64,000 bases of DNA from Eledone cirrhosa (Eukaryota). Every line of letters begins with the position of its first letter. Within the stretch, counting starts at the first letter, position 1. Shown in pieces: positions 30,099-41,571 of the stretch. The notes beneath the pieces are model-generated. The model was given only the letters and a program-made list of their open reading frames with translations. It ran no database searches and was not told where the DNA came from. Both the position numbers and the translations under genes were made by a program. The DNA lies in assembly GCA_964016885.1 (NCBI GenBank), contig OZ024741.1, forward strand, positions 170,748,001 to 170,812,000, given 5' to 3'.

Positions 30099-30827
30099 CG
30101 AAGTGGTTGAAGCACCATATCTACAAGGAGGAGGCTAGCCCACTGTGCAGGATCTGTGGAGAGAGAGAGGAGGCTGTGGCTCACATTGTGTCCGAGTGTA
30201 AACACCTAGCCCAGACCCACTATAAGGGCTGGAGACACGAGGTGATGGGCAGGGTGATCCACTGGCACCTGTGCAAAGTAAACAATTTACCACATTCTGA
30301 GAAATGGTATGAGCATAGGCCAGAGGCGGTGATGGAGAACAATCAGGTGAAGGTGCTGTGGGATTTTAGGATACAGACGGACAAAAAACTGGAACACAAT
30401 AGACCTGACCTGGTGGTTGTGGACAAAGAAAAAAGATCGTGTCTGATTGTGGATGTGGCCTGCCCGTTCGACACGAGAGTGCAAGAGAAGGAGAGGGAGA
30501 AAATTAACCGATACCAGGACCTAAAGTGGGAGGTGAAAAGGATTTGGAACTGCCATGAAGTCAAAGTGATCCCGATTGTCATAGGCGCACTGGGGACTAT
30601 CTCCAAAAGTTTCCAGGGATGGTTAAAGAAAATCGGCCCCTTCACGCTTTTTGGAACGCTTCAAAAGGCATGCTTACTTGGAACAGCAAGAACCCTCCGA
30701 TACGTCCTGAATATCTGAGGCTGCAGGTAGTGGCTTGATATTCAATCCAACGGACTTTCCAGTTAACCAACATCAATGACTGAGATTCAAGGAATAACAA
30801 CAATACTAATAATAATAATAATAATAA
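30095..30827 (+). mobile_element. R4/Dong-like LINE, 5'-truncated copy
   Basis: ORF 30107-30718 has the CCHC knuckle and RPD..D..P REL endonuclease, near identical to 39612-40234; (TAA)n on both sides. Confidence 0.92.
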
Positions 30828-31205
30828 TTCGTTTCTGAATTTGTTTAGCAAGATTCTTTATCTGAAATCGTGTGTTGAAACCGATATTGTTATACTTTGG
30901 GAGGGTCATGTTGCCAATAAGAAACACACGCACCAGTTGCTTTCACTTCAATTTAATTTAATATATATTTATAAATTTACAAATTTCTAAATTTCTGGTT
31001 GGTTGGTTGGTTCCACAACCAGATAGTTGTTTATATATATATAGTCATAGTTCTTTCGTCACACACTCTGTGACCTCTTCAGTGACTGGGGATTTCTTTC
31101 TTCGTTTCTGTGCCTTTCCTTTCTTCTATCCTACGCCATTTTGTTTGTGTGTGGGTTGCGTGCTCAGTTTGCGCATGCGCCACATCCGGGTGGATGTGGC
31201 GCATG

Positions 31206-32761
31206 ATACCAGTGAGCTGGGACTTCTACTTAAGCTTACCCATAGTAATAGTTACCTAGACACTTATGACCTTAGCAACCTGTGCCCTACAAGACCAGCA
31301 AGAGGCAGACCACCTACCATTACCTCAATGGCCAAGAAAACCCACACAGATAGATGGAACGGGTGGACCAGAGCCATACGGACACCCGAAAACCACGATG
31401 AACTGAAGAAAATGATTGCACATGCGGTAGGGGCCAGCATAAAATTAACCCTTAAGGAACATATGTTCAAATTTAATGGTAAAACATATGCCCAAGAGGA
31501 AGGAGCAGCCATTGGTGTTAGCATTGCAGGCGACATAGCTAACTTGTTCATGGTATGGTGGGACAGTAGACTTAAACAAAAACTTAATGAACAATTAGAA
31601 AACAGCTTAACCCTGATAATGTACTCCCGCTACGTAGATGATATAAACATCGTAGTTAAGACACCCCCACTAAAGAACAGTCAGGAACCAGAGAAAAACA
31701 CAATGGAAAGCATCCAGCAAATAGCAAACTCCATCCACCAGAGCATTAGAGTTACTATAGACTACCCAAGTAGACACCCCAACCATCGATTACCTGTACT
31801 AGACACAGAGCTCTGGTTAGATACTATTAACAACCAAAAACAAATCCTCCATTCCCATTATGCCAAACCCATGACTTCCAAACATCTGATCCACCGAAAC
31901 TCGGCCATTTCGGGCCATACCAAAATCAACATACTGATTGCGGATTTGGTACGGGTGATGAGAAATGTGTCCCGCATGTGCAACCCCGAAGAACTAGAGA
32001 GACACATACAACACTTCATCCACCGTATGCAGTTCTCTGGCTACAATCAGAGAGATAGAATCAGAGTGTATAAAGGAGCCAGAACCAAATGGGAAAAAAT
32101 GGTAAATAATGACATAAATGGGACCTGCCCCCTGTATAGGAGCAAATTTTGGAATAGAATAGAAAGAACTAAGAACAAGGCCAATAGAATAAACTCATGG
32201 TATGATAGCAATAAATACCAGAGTGTAATGTTCATCAATACAACCCCTAGAGGCGAACTAGCCTACAAATTTAGAAGGGCCCTAAAGAAACATAATCTCA
32301 ATATTAAGATAGTAGAAAGACCTGGTACCTCCGTAAAAACACTTATTAGCAAGACATACCCGTTCCAAAGACCCTCATGTATAGATAAGAAATGTATAAC
32401 CTGTAAAATAAGCCCCCATATTAACTGTAAAACTAGAAATGTAGTATATAGCATAAGATGTACTGAAGGACAATGTAGAAACAAAAATATAGTGTACATA
32501 GGTGAGACAGCTCGTAGTATAGGGGAACGAATAAATGAACACTGGCGAGACCTCCAAGATAGTAAAGAATCATCTGTGCTCTACCAACATGCTAAGATAG
32601 AACACAGGGGTAAATTAGAGAGCATAGAAATAAAAATAGAATCCACACACAAGAAAGACGCAATGTTTAGGCAAATTACAGAGGCAGTAAGCATAAAAGA
32701 ATTAAAACCAAAATTAAATAGAAAATATGAGTGGAACAGCAACATCACAACTTACAATTAA
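31206..32761 (+). CDS. PLE reverse transcriptase + GIY-YIG endonuclease, 5'-truncated but uninterrupted
   Basis: FKFNGKTYAQEEGAAIG, YSRYVDD, LPVLD, YAKPM; C..C..C, NVVYSIRC..YIGETARS..ER..EH..E. The first ~66 aa of the called ORF 31007 come from the inverted arm. Confidence 0.9.
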
Positions 32762-33058
32762 GGACAAAATGAAAACACACACACACATAGAACAAACAAC
32801 TTACAATTGAAAACACACACAAAATGAAAACACACACAAGACAAAATGAAAACACACACACACATAGAACAAACAACCAACCAACAATAAATACATAAAT
32901 AAACAAACAAATATAAATAGAAAAATGGAAAAATGAACACAAACACACACAGACACCCGGATGTGGCGCATGCGCAAACTGAGCACGCAACCCACACACA
33001 AACAAAATGGCGTAGGATAGAAGAAAGGAAAGGCACAGAAACGAAGAAAGAAATCCCC

Positions 33059-33103
33059 AGTCACTGAAGAGGTCACAGAGTGTGTGACGAAAGAACTATG
33101 ACT
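33059..33103 (+). ncRNA. Minimal type I hammerhead ribozyme (mirror copy 31043-31087, minus)
   Basis: agtca-CTGAAGA-g-gtcaca-gagtg-tgtgac-GAAAG-aa-CTA-tgact. Confidence 0.85.
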
Positions 33104-33269
33104 ATATATATATAAACAACTATCTGGTTGTGGAACCAACCAACCAACCAGAAATTTATAAATTTGTAAATTTATAAATATATATTAAATTAAATTGAAG
33201 TGAAAGCAACTGGTGCGTGTGTTTCTTATTGGCAACATGACCCTCCCAAAGTATAACAATAATAATAAT

Positions 33270-33454
33270 TGTTTCTACTTTAGGCACAAGGCCAGCAATT
33301 ACCCAGTGCATTACTGGTACTTTATTTTATCGACCCCGTAAGGATGAAAGGCAAAGTCAACCTCGGCGGGATTTGAACTCAGATCGTAAAGGGACGTAAC
33401 TATGCTGGAAAGCATGGCGTCCGACCCTCTACCAATACTGCCAATCCACCGCCC
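33270..33454 (-). mobile_element. tRNA-derived SINE (same family)
   Basis: Near reverse complement of 26159-26338; embedded in (TAA)n. Confidence 0.88.
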
Positions 33455-33466
33455 TAATAATAATAA

Positions 33467-34862
33467 TGATTTCGTTTATTAGCCACAAGGGCCGACATGT
33501 AGGGGACAATACAAAACAGGGACAGTGGGGGTTTACAGTAAGGTCGAGTAAAAGTGCACAATGGCAAGACTAATTTAACAATGAAAATATTAAAATATAA
33601 AATAAACTATGCATAAATATAACAAAATAAATTCCCCGATAGAGGGTGGCGACCCTGGGGTGATTCGGGTACCCCACCAATCCTGAACCACCCTGCGCTT
33701 CTAGGGCACCCAGGGAGAGCACCCCTCTCCTCAAGTTAGCTAGCCTATAGGCGCATGGTCAGAGTAGGCCCATTCACACGAGCCATTCTCGCCACATTGA
33801 CACACCTTTTAGCGAATGTACTGGGGGGCAGCACTACTATCTCCACCCTCACCTTCCTTTCCAGGTGATACTTGAAGAAGTTGATGACGGATTGGCCGAA
33901 GAGAAAAGTGTCTGTCTTTAGTCCTTTCAACCAGGTCCATCATATAATCTCTTTCGCAACTGCCACCAGACAGAGGAACATTTCCTGCTCTTCCTGACCT
34001 AAGGAAAGCGGTGGATCGAACTTCACTATGGACTCGGCCGATAGCCGTATTCGTTCTACACGCGACAGTAGCTGTTCAACATAACTCCACAAGTCAGTAA
34101 TGCACGGAGATTGGACAAGTGCGTGCAGAACGGTTTCGTCGTTCTGTGCGCATCTTGGGCAGGTCCGTCTGACAGCACTTCCGTGCCTGTAGAGTTTATC
34201 CCGAACCGGCAGTGACCCCCGGTAGCACTGCCAAGCGAGGGATTTCTGGAAATTGTCCATCTTCCCCGGCTCAAAAGTCCTCCGGTACAGACTGGTCAGT
34301 TCGACTTCATCGAAGACCAAAGCTTCTCCGAGTGCGTCATCGCACTTGCCCACCACTAATCCTCTATAGAACTCGAGAGAGGAAGTTCCACTGATCGCAT
34401 TGCCCGCTTGGTAGAGGGCAGTGAGTGCCTGGCAACATTCCTGGTGCCAGTCACCCAGTCTCGGTCTCTTCTTGACCCAGGACTGCAGCTCGATCAAAGA
34501 AATGAGCTGCGGAAAGTCCCGTCTGATAAACGGCGACCAAACCTGTTCACCGTTGAGGCAGAATATCTGGAGATGTCGCAGCCTCAACGCATGTCTGCGC
34601 ATCATTAGCCACGGCACGCCCAGCCCTCCGCGTAGAGGGTGCTGGCAGCAGATGGACCGCCTCACCAACGGAACTTGTCCCCTCCACAAGAATTTGAAGA
34701 GGAGCCGTTCCAACTTCACGAGGCGCGGACGGGGGCAAGGCACGACGGTCAGACGGTAGTAGATGATGTACGCATTCGCCACCTCCGCTCTACCTTTCAG
34801 TGATAGCTTCCTCCCAGCCCATTTTTGGGTGAGACTGGCTACTCTGCTCGTTACCTCGTCCC
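33467..34862 (-). mobile_element. Tx1/L1-like LINE 3' fragment
   Basis: ORFs 33940-34782 and 33745-33930 closely match 48190-49310 (GGLG, zf-RVT CPRC..ETVLHA); same 3' UTR; (TAA)n flanks. Confidence 0.88.
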
Positions 34863-34937
<75 letters not shown>

Positions 34938-34938
<1 letters not shown>

Positions 34939-35386
34939 TGTGGGATTTTAGGATACAGACGGACAAAAAACTGGAACACAATAGACCTGACCTGGTGGTT
35001 GTGGACAAAGAAAAAAGATCGTGTCTGATTGTGGATGTGGCCTGCCCGTTCGACACGAGAGTGCAAGAGAAGGAGAGGGAGAAAATTAACCGATACCAGG
35101 ACCTAAAGTGGGAGGTGAAAAGGATTTGGAACTGCCATGAAGTCAAAGTGATCCCGATTGTCATAGGCGCACTGGGGACTATCTCCAAAAGTTTCCAGGG
35201 ATGGTTAAAGAAAATCGGCCCCTTCACGCTTTTTGGAACGCTTCAAAAAGCATGCTTGCCTGGAACAGCAAGAACCCTCCGATACGTCCTGAATATCTGA
35301 GGCTGCAGGTAGTGGCTTGATATTCAATCCAACGGACTTTCCAGTTAACCAACATCAATGACTGAGATTCAAGGAATAACAATAAC

Positions 35387-35460
<74 letters not shown>
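34938..35460 (+). mobile_element. R4/Dong-like LINE, short 3' fragment
   Basis: REL domain ORF 34938-35300, 3' UTR and (TAA)n tail. Confidence 0.92.
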
Positions 35461-35461
35461 G

Positions 35462-36300
35462 GGAAGAAGACGCACGAGGTGACGGAGGTCATGAAATCGC
35501 TCCCGTAAGTTTTGAATTTTTAACATATTTAAATCATTTGTGAAATAACAACTCTTAGTACAAATGCTACGTAAAGCACCCGGCTTGAGCCCCAAAAAAA
35601 TTCGGACCCAAAATATATTGTTATAAGGCTCAAATATTCAAATATTCAACTTTGTATTGTACACTGTATATCCAAAAAAAAATGGCTATAAATGGAAGAA
35701 GAAGAACCCCTCCCCCTCCTCTCCTCTGGCTACACTATATAGGACAGCTAAACTCACCAACACCAGAAACTAGATACACCACCCACCCCATCATCTGTGT
35801 ACACTAAACACAACAGCACTTTCACCTTCACCGCCACCGCTCACTACGGCCATCATTACCACCACTATCCCATCACCGCCGCCACCACCCTTGACTCCTT
35901 CACTGCTGCTGCCACCGCTACAGCACCATCACTACAGTAATACGGCTCAAATATTCAAATATTCAATTTTGTATTGTACACTGTATATCCAAAAAAAAAA
36001 AAAATAAAATGGCTATAAATGGAAGAAGAAGAACCCCCCCCCCCTCCTCTCCTCTGGCTACACTATATAGGACAGCGAAACTCACCAACACCAGAAACTA
36101 GATACACCACCCACCCCATCATCTGTGTACACTAAACACAACAGCATTTTCACCTTCACCGCCACCGCTCACTACGGCCATCATTACCACCACTATCCCA
36201 TCACCGCCGCCACCACCCCCTGACTCCTTCACTGCTGCTGCCACCGCTACAGCACCATCACTACAGTAATACGGTCGCATCACCGCCACCACTGCCTCGG
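35462..36300. repeat. Unclassified dispersed repeat with internal ~317-bp tandem duplication; paralog at ~40420-41200
   Basis: 35627-35943 recurs at 35944-36272; the start gaagacgyacgaggtg..ggtcatgaaatc recurs at 40420. Confidence 0.7.
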
Positions 36301-36841
36301 TATCGACATCACCACCACCACTGTCTCAGTATCGCCAACGCCGCCAGTCTCTGCTGGCTACCACTTCCACATTATAGAATTCCTACTACTAACAAAGAGG
36401 AAGGCATCAAAATATATAGATAGACTCAAAAGAAAAAAGAAAAAACAAACAACAAAAGCAGCACAGCAACAACAGTAAAAAACGAGAAAAACAGAAAAAC
36501 AAAAACAAAAAAAGAAACCCCAAAAACGTAAAGAAAATAAGAATGAAGAGAGAAGCAGGCGGACGGACAGAGAAGAGGGGGGAAAAAGTAAAACTTAAAA
36601 AACAAAAACTAAGTCAGACATTCGAATACTACATTACAATGAAACTTATGCTTATTCATTTTTGGGGCCCTTTCTGCCCGTGTGTTTGTTTGTTTATGTG
36701 TGTCCGTATACAGCGTGGTGATAATGCCACACAAGGGCCAAGTGGGATGGCGGATCCACAGATGGCTATGTAAACATACATTCGCCAATCCTCGATAAGA
36801 GTGTTTAAATATCGAACATAAACAGTTCGAATAACGGTGAA

Positions 36842-39800
36842 ATGGAGACTAGAACGTCATGTGACAGACTCTCACCCAACAGGTGCCCCCTGGCTCAGCA
36901 GCAGGAACCTGACTGTCAACCAAATACTGCTGATGTTGGAGGAAGAAGAAGAAGGAAAGGGGCCAGAACCAACTGGACGAAAGAATTGAATAGAACTGTT
37001 ATGCAATGCTACCTGAAAAGTAACCCCAAGGAGAGGGGCTACAGGAGACGGATGCATAACATCTGGAACGAGATTGGTTTATTTAAATTAGATGAACAAA
37101 AATTGGCCGGGCAGGCTCGGGTAATAAGAACTAATGGGTGGATAAGCGAGCTGGAACTGGAGGAACTGAGCAGAGAGAATGGCTTGGAGATGGCGGGTGT
37201 AGTATGCCAGACAAGCGAGCCGGCGGGAAATGAAGGTGAGGAGGTCCTGAGAACGGAGGAACCACCCGAAGCAGACAATGATCTGAATACTGAGATAAAT
37301 AATACCTGGAACAGAGATACGGCCACTGAGGAGATGAATGCTGACGGGCTAGGACAAGATTCGGTTGACATCCTAAATTTAGTGGTAGATGAGTTGAACA
37401 ATGATAGTGGGAGACCTATGAACCTAAGATTTGTAGACAGGAAAAAGTTAAAAGAAACAACAGCTAAGGTAAACAAAGTCATCCCATACCTTGAGGCGAG
37501 GAGTCTTCACCAGTGCAACAATATCCTCAAAGCAACAGCAAATACGGTGAGGAAACTACTTGGTATAAAAGCGAGAGGAAACAACAGACAAGAAAGAGCA
37601 GAGCCGTGGTGGAAGAAGCGACTGAGTGGGCAAATCGGGGAAATGAGAAATGACATAGGAAAGCTTGAGTCACTACTGAATGGGACACTAAAAAACATAG
37701 GCACTAAAAATAGACTGGAAATAAAATACAAAACTAGGAGTAAAAAGCTAAATATTATCATAGAGGAATTGAAGCAACGCATTGTAGCAAAGAGTGCCAA
37801 AATCAGGCGATACGAGAACAGAGTCAGTCAGTATAAACAGAACCGCATGTTCGACAACAACCAGAAGATGCTGTTTGGACAGCTTGAGGGGAAAGAAAGA
37901 GGCAACGACTTGATCCCTGGGGCGGAACAAGCTAAAACATTCTGGAGAGGAATATGGGAGCAGGATGTTAGACACAATGCCCAGGCAGGGTGGATTGAGA
38001 CAGTACAGAGGGAGATCGGTGAGCAGGCACAGCAACAGACTGATTTGAGTATCACAGTTGAAACTCTTAAGGGGCAAGCCAAAAAACTAACCAACTGGAA
38101 ATCACCAGGCCCAGATGGTGTGCAGAGGTATTGGATTAAACATTTAACATCCCTCCACCCGAAGCTGACGGCCATGTTCAATGACTGCTTGGTGTCGGGT
38201 GAGGTGCCAGAGTGGTTGACAAAAGGTACCACAGTTCTGATAATGAAAGACCGAATCAAGGGTAATGATGTTACCAACTATAGACCTATCACATGTCTGC
38301 CCGTAATGTGGAAACTGTTGACGAGCATTGTGTCTGAGGAAATCTACCATCACCTCCACACAAACAACTTGTTGCCGGACGAACAGAAAGGATGCCGAAA
38401 GAAGTCACGTGGTACAAAGGACCAGTTGCTTATTGATAAGATGGTAATGGGGAATTGCAGGAGGAGACACACTGATCTTGCCATGGGATGGATAGACTAC
38501 AGAAAGGCATTTGACATGGTGCCTCATTCCTGGATCACCAAAAGCCTGGAGATCTTCAGGGTGGCAGATAACATCAGACAGTTGTTGGGCAGGAGTATGG
38601 GGTCCTGGGAGACAGAGTTGACATCAACTGGAGTATCCTTGGGAAGCGTGAAGATCAAGAGAGGTATCTTCCAGGGAGATAGCCTGTCCCCTCTGTTGTT
38701 TGTCCTTGCCCTGATGCCCTTGACCATTATGCTGCGAAAAGTGAGAGCAGGATACAAGTTGGGAAGGGGAGAGCTTACCATCAATCACCTCCTCTTCATG
38801 GACGATCTTAAGCTCTTCGGGAAAAGTGAGAAGGAGTTGGATGTGCTTGTTGACACTGTCCGTATTTTCAGCAGTGATATATGTATGCAGTTTGGTATTG
38901 GTAAATGTGGAGTCATTGTGATGAGGAGGGGTAGGTTGAGCAGAAGTAACGGGATCCAGATACCAACAGGTGAGATGATAAAGGAAATTGACTCTGAGGA
39001 AGGATACAAGTATTTGGGCGTTCTGGAGGCTGATGGCATAAAGAACAAAAAAATGAAGGAATTGTTAAGAACTGAATACATTCGGAGAGTAAGGAGCGTA
39101 TTGAAGTCACATCTGAACAGCAGAAATGCCATAAGCGCAGTAAATTCCCGAGCTGTGTCTATTATTAGGTACAGTGCGGGAATTCTGAGATGGAATGTTG
39201 CTGAACAAAAAGAAATGGATAGGAAGACTAGGAAGCTATTGACTATCTACAACATGTTCCACAAGAGGAGTGATGTCGATAGACTCTACCTAAGGAGATC
39301 TGAGGGTGGAAGAGGTCTTATCAGCATAGAGGACTGTGTTCAGATGGAGAAAAACAACCTATACAAATACGTGACCTATAGTAAGGAGCCAATGCTCAGA
39401 GCTGTACTGAAGGAGGGGACAGTAGGCCAGGGGATACCCAAGGAGGAAATAACATCAAGGATGAAGAGCAGCCTTAAGGGAAAATCCCTTCATAGTACCT
39501 TCTTTGAGAAAACTGAATTTAGAGATCCACAGACATGGAACTGGTTGAGAAGAGGAGACCTCAAAAAGGCTACAGAAGGAATGCTAATGGCTGCGCAAGA
39601 GCAGGCCCTCAAAACGAAGTGGTTGAAGCACCATATCTACAAGGAGGAGGCTAGCCCACTGTGCAGGATCTGTGGAGAGAGAGAGGAGACTGTGGCTCAC
39701 ATTGTGTCCGAGTGTAAACACCTAGCCCAGACCCACTATAAGGGCTGGAGACACGATGTGATGGGCAGGGTGATCCACTGGCACCTGTGCAAAGTAAACA

Positions 39801-40234
39801 ATCTACCACATTCTGAGAAATGGTATGAGCATAGGCCAGAGGCGGTGATGGAGAACAGTCAGGTGAAGGTGCTGTGGGATTTTAGGATACAGACGGACAA
39901 AAAACTGGAACACAATAGACCTGACCTGGTGGTTGTGGACAAAGAAAAAAGATCGTGCCTGATTGTGGATGTGACCTGCCCGTTCGACACGAGAGTGCAA
40001 GAGAAGGAGAGGGAGAAAATTAACCGATACCAGGACCTAAAGTGGGAGGTGAAAAGGATTTGGAACTGCCATGAAGTCAAAGTGATCCCGATTGTCATAG
40101 GCGCACTGGGGACTATCTCCAAAGGTTTCCAGGGATGGTTAAAGAAAATCGGCCCCTTCACGCTTTTTGGAACGCTTCAAAAGGCATGCTTGCTTGGAAC
40201 GGCAAGAACCCTCCGATACGTCCTGAATATCTGA
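36842..40234 (+). CDS. Intact R4/Dong-like non-LTR retrotransposon ORF (RT + CCHC + restriction-like endonuclease), 1130 aa
   Basis: NWKSPGPDG, NYRPITCL, WIDYRKAFD, GIFQGDSLSP, HLLFMDDLKL, YKYLG, GGRGL, CRICGEREETVAHIVSEC, RPDLVV..D..CP; no APE domain; 3' UTR and (TAA)n tail to ~40397. Confidence 0.95.
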   Translation: METRTSCDRLSPNRCPLAQQQEPDCQPNTADVGGRRRRKGARTNWTKELNRTVMQCYLKSNPKERGYRRRMHNIWNEIGLFKLDEQKLAGQARVIRTNGWISELELEELSRENGLEMAGVVCQTSEPAGNEGEEVLRTEEPPEADNDLNTEINNTWNRDTATEEMNADGLGQDSVDILNLVVDELNNDSGRPMNLRFVDRKKLKETTAKVNKVIPYLEARSLHQCNNILKATANTVRKLLGIKARGNNRQERAEPWWKKRLSGQIGEMRNDIGKLESLLNGTLKNIGTKNRLEIKYKTRSKKLNIIIEELKQRIVAKSAKIRRYENRVSQYKQNRMFDNNQKMLFGQLEGKERGNDLIPGAEQAKTFWRGIWEQDVRHNAQAGWIETVQREIGEQAQQQTDLSITVETLKGQAKKLTNWKSPGPDGVQRYWIKHLTSLHPKLTAMFNDCLVSGEVPEWLTKGTTVLIMKDRIKGNDVTNYRPITCLPVMWKLLTSIVSEEIYHHLHTNNLLPDEQKGCRKKSRGTKDQLLIDKMVMGNCRRRHTDLAMGWIDYRKAFDMVPHSWITKSLEIFRVADNIRQLLGRSMGSWETELTSTGVSLGSVKIKRGIFQGDSLSPLLFVLALMPLTIMLRKVRAGYKLGRGELTINHLLFMDDLKLFGKSEKELDVLVDTVRIFSSDICMQFGIGKCGVIVMRRGRLSRSNGIQIPTGEMIKEIDSEEGYKYLGVLEADGIKNKKMKELLRTEYIRRVRSVLKSHLNSRNAISAVNSRAVSIIRYSAGILRWNVAEQKEMDRKTRKLLTIYNMFHKRSDVDRLYLRRSEGGRGLISIEDCVQMEKNNLYKYVTYSKEPMLRAVLKEGTVGQGIPKEEITSRMKSSLKGKSLHSTFFEKTEFRDPQTWNWLRRGDLKKATEGMLMAAQEQALKTKWLKHHIYKEEASPLCRICGEREETVAHIVSECKHLAQTHYKGWRHDVMGRVIHWHLCKVNNLPHSEKWYEHRPEAVMENSQVKVLWDFRIQTDKKLEHNRPDLVVVDKEKRSCLIVDVTCPFDTRVQEKEREKINRYQDLKWEVKRIWNCHEVKVIPIVIGALGTISKGFQGWLKKIGPFTLFGTLQKACLLGTARTLRYVLNI

Positions 40235-40320
40235 GGCTGCAGGTAGTGGCTTGATATTCAATCCAACGGACTTTCCAGTTAACCAACATCAATGACTGAG
40301 ATTCAAGGAATAACAATGGC

Positions 40321-40397
<77 letters not shown>

Positions 40398-40795
40398 GAA
40401 GAAGAAGAAGAAGAAGAAGAAGACGTACGAGGTGGTAGAAGGTCATGAAATCACTCCCGTAAGTTTTTGATTTTTAACATATTTAAATCAATTGTGAAAT
40501 AACAATTCTTAGTACAAATGTTGCATAAACCACCGAATCATGTCCATAAAATTTCGGATCCATATTATATTGTTATATCGCTCAAATATTCAATTTTGTA
40601 TTATATATTTTGTATTCAAAAAAGAAAGTGGTTATAAATGGAAGCAATCACCCTCTGTCTACACTATATAGAACAGCCAAATAACAGCAATTTCACCAAC
40701 ACTAGAAACTTGATGCACCACCTAACCCATCACACTAAATATAACAGCCAGATAACGGCAATTTCACCACCACCAATCCCAGCATCATAATAGTT

Positions 40796-40973
40796 GTTTC
40801 TACTTTAGGCACAAGGCCAGCAATTACCCAGTGCATTACTGGTACTTTATTTTATCGACCCCGTAAGGATGAAAGGCAAAGTCAACCTCGGCGGGATTTG
40901 AACTCAGATCGTAAAGGGACGTAACTATGCTGGAAAGCATGGCGTCAAACCCTCTACCGATACTGCCAATCCA
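40796..40973 (-). mobile_element. tRNA-derived SINE (same family)
   Basis: Nearly identical to 33270-33454. Confidence 0.88.
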
Positions 40974-41571
40974 ATAATAATTACTATTATTATTGCTCAA
41001 GTTTTAACAAAATGTTTAATTCTAATTTTACGGGAATATGTCAACACAATATATATAAAACATACGCGACACAAACTTATAGATACTACATATCACAAAA
41101 CTCAGTAACGACAACGCCACCGCCGCCACCACTCCATCCATCATTGCTAGCACTATCCCATCACCGCCGCCACCACTCCTTCATTGCTACCACCACTATT
41201 CCCCTGTTAACTTGAGAGAGAAAAGGGAAGGTGGCGGTATCACTAGACAAGGGAGAGGCTAGCAAAAGATATAAATAGATTGACTTAGTGACCTGGCAAC
41301 CGGCCAAACGTCAACATCAACAACTATGGCACTGCTGGCTCACCCCTTCCTCACCAACAATATAAAAAGCCCCATCACCACCACCGACATAGCTAACAAC
41401 AATAACAGGCAACTTCAGCAAAAAGTATATTATATTATTGTAATGCACTGGGTGATTGCTGGCTTTGTGCCTGGAGTGGAGACAATTATTAACAATTTCA
41501 TTCTTAAGCCACGCAATGCTCACATTAAGGAACCACTCATGATAATAGCAATTTAAAAAAAAAAAAAAAAG

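Larger units (their letters stand above)
30828..33261 (+). mobile_element. Penelope-like element with 308-bp inverted arms, inserted in (TAA)n
   Basis: Arms 30885-31192 / 32954-33261; short left tail; RT and GIY-YIG ORF; HHR in each arm. Confidence 0.9.

Noticed and set aside
31007-31205. Cys/Phe-rich N-terminus of the 584-aa ORF and its twin ORF 32801-33139
   Set aside because: Antisense read of the inverted 3' UTR arm, fused in frame by chance.
36872-40161. Antisense ORFs overlapping R4, Tx1 and PLE coding regions
   Set aside because: Shadow frames of the real ORFs.
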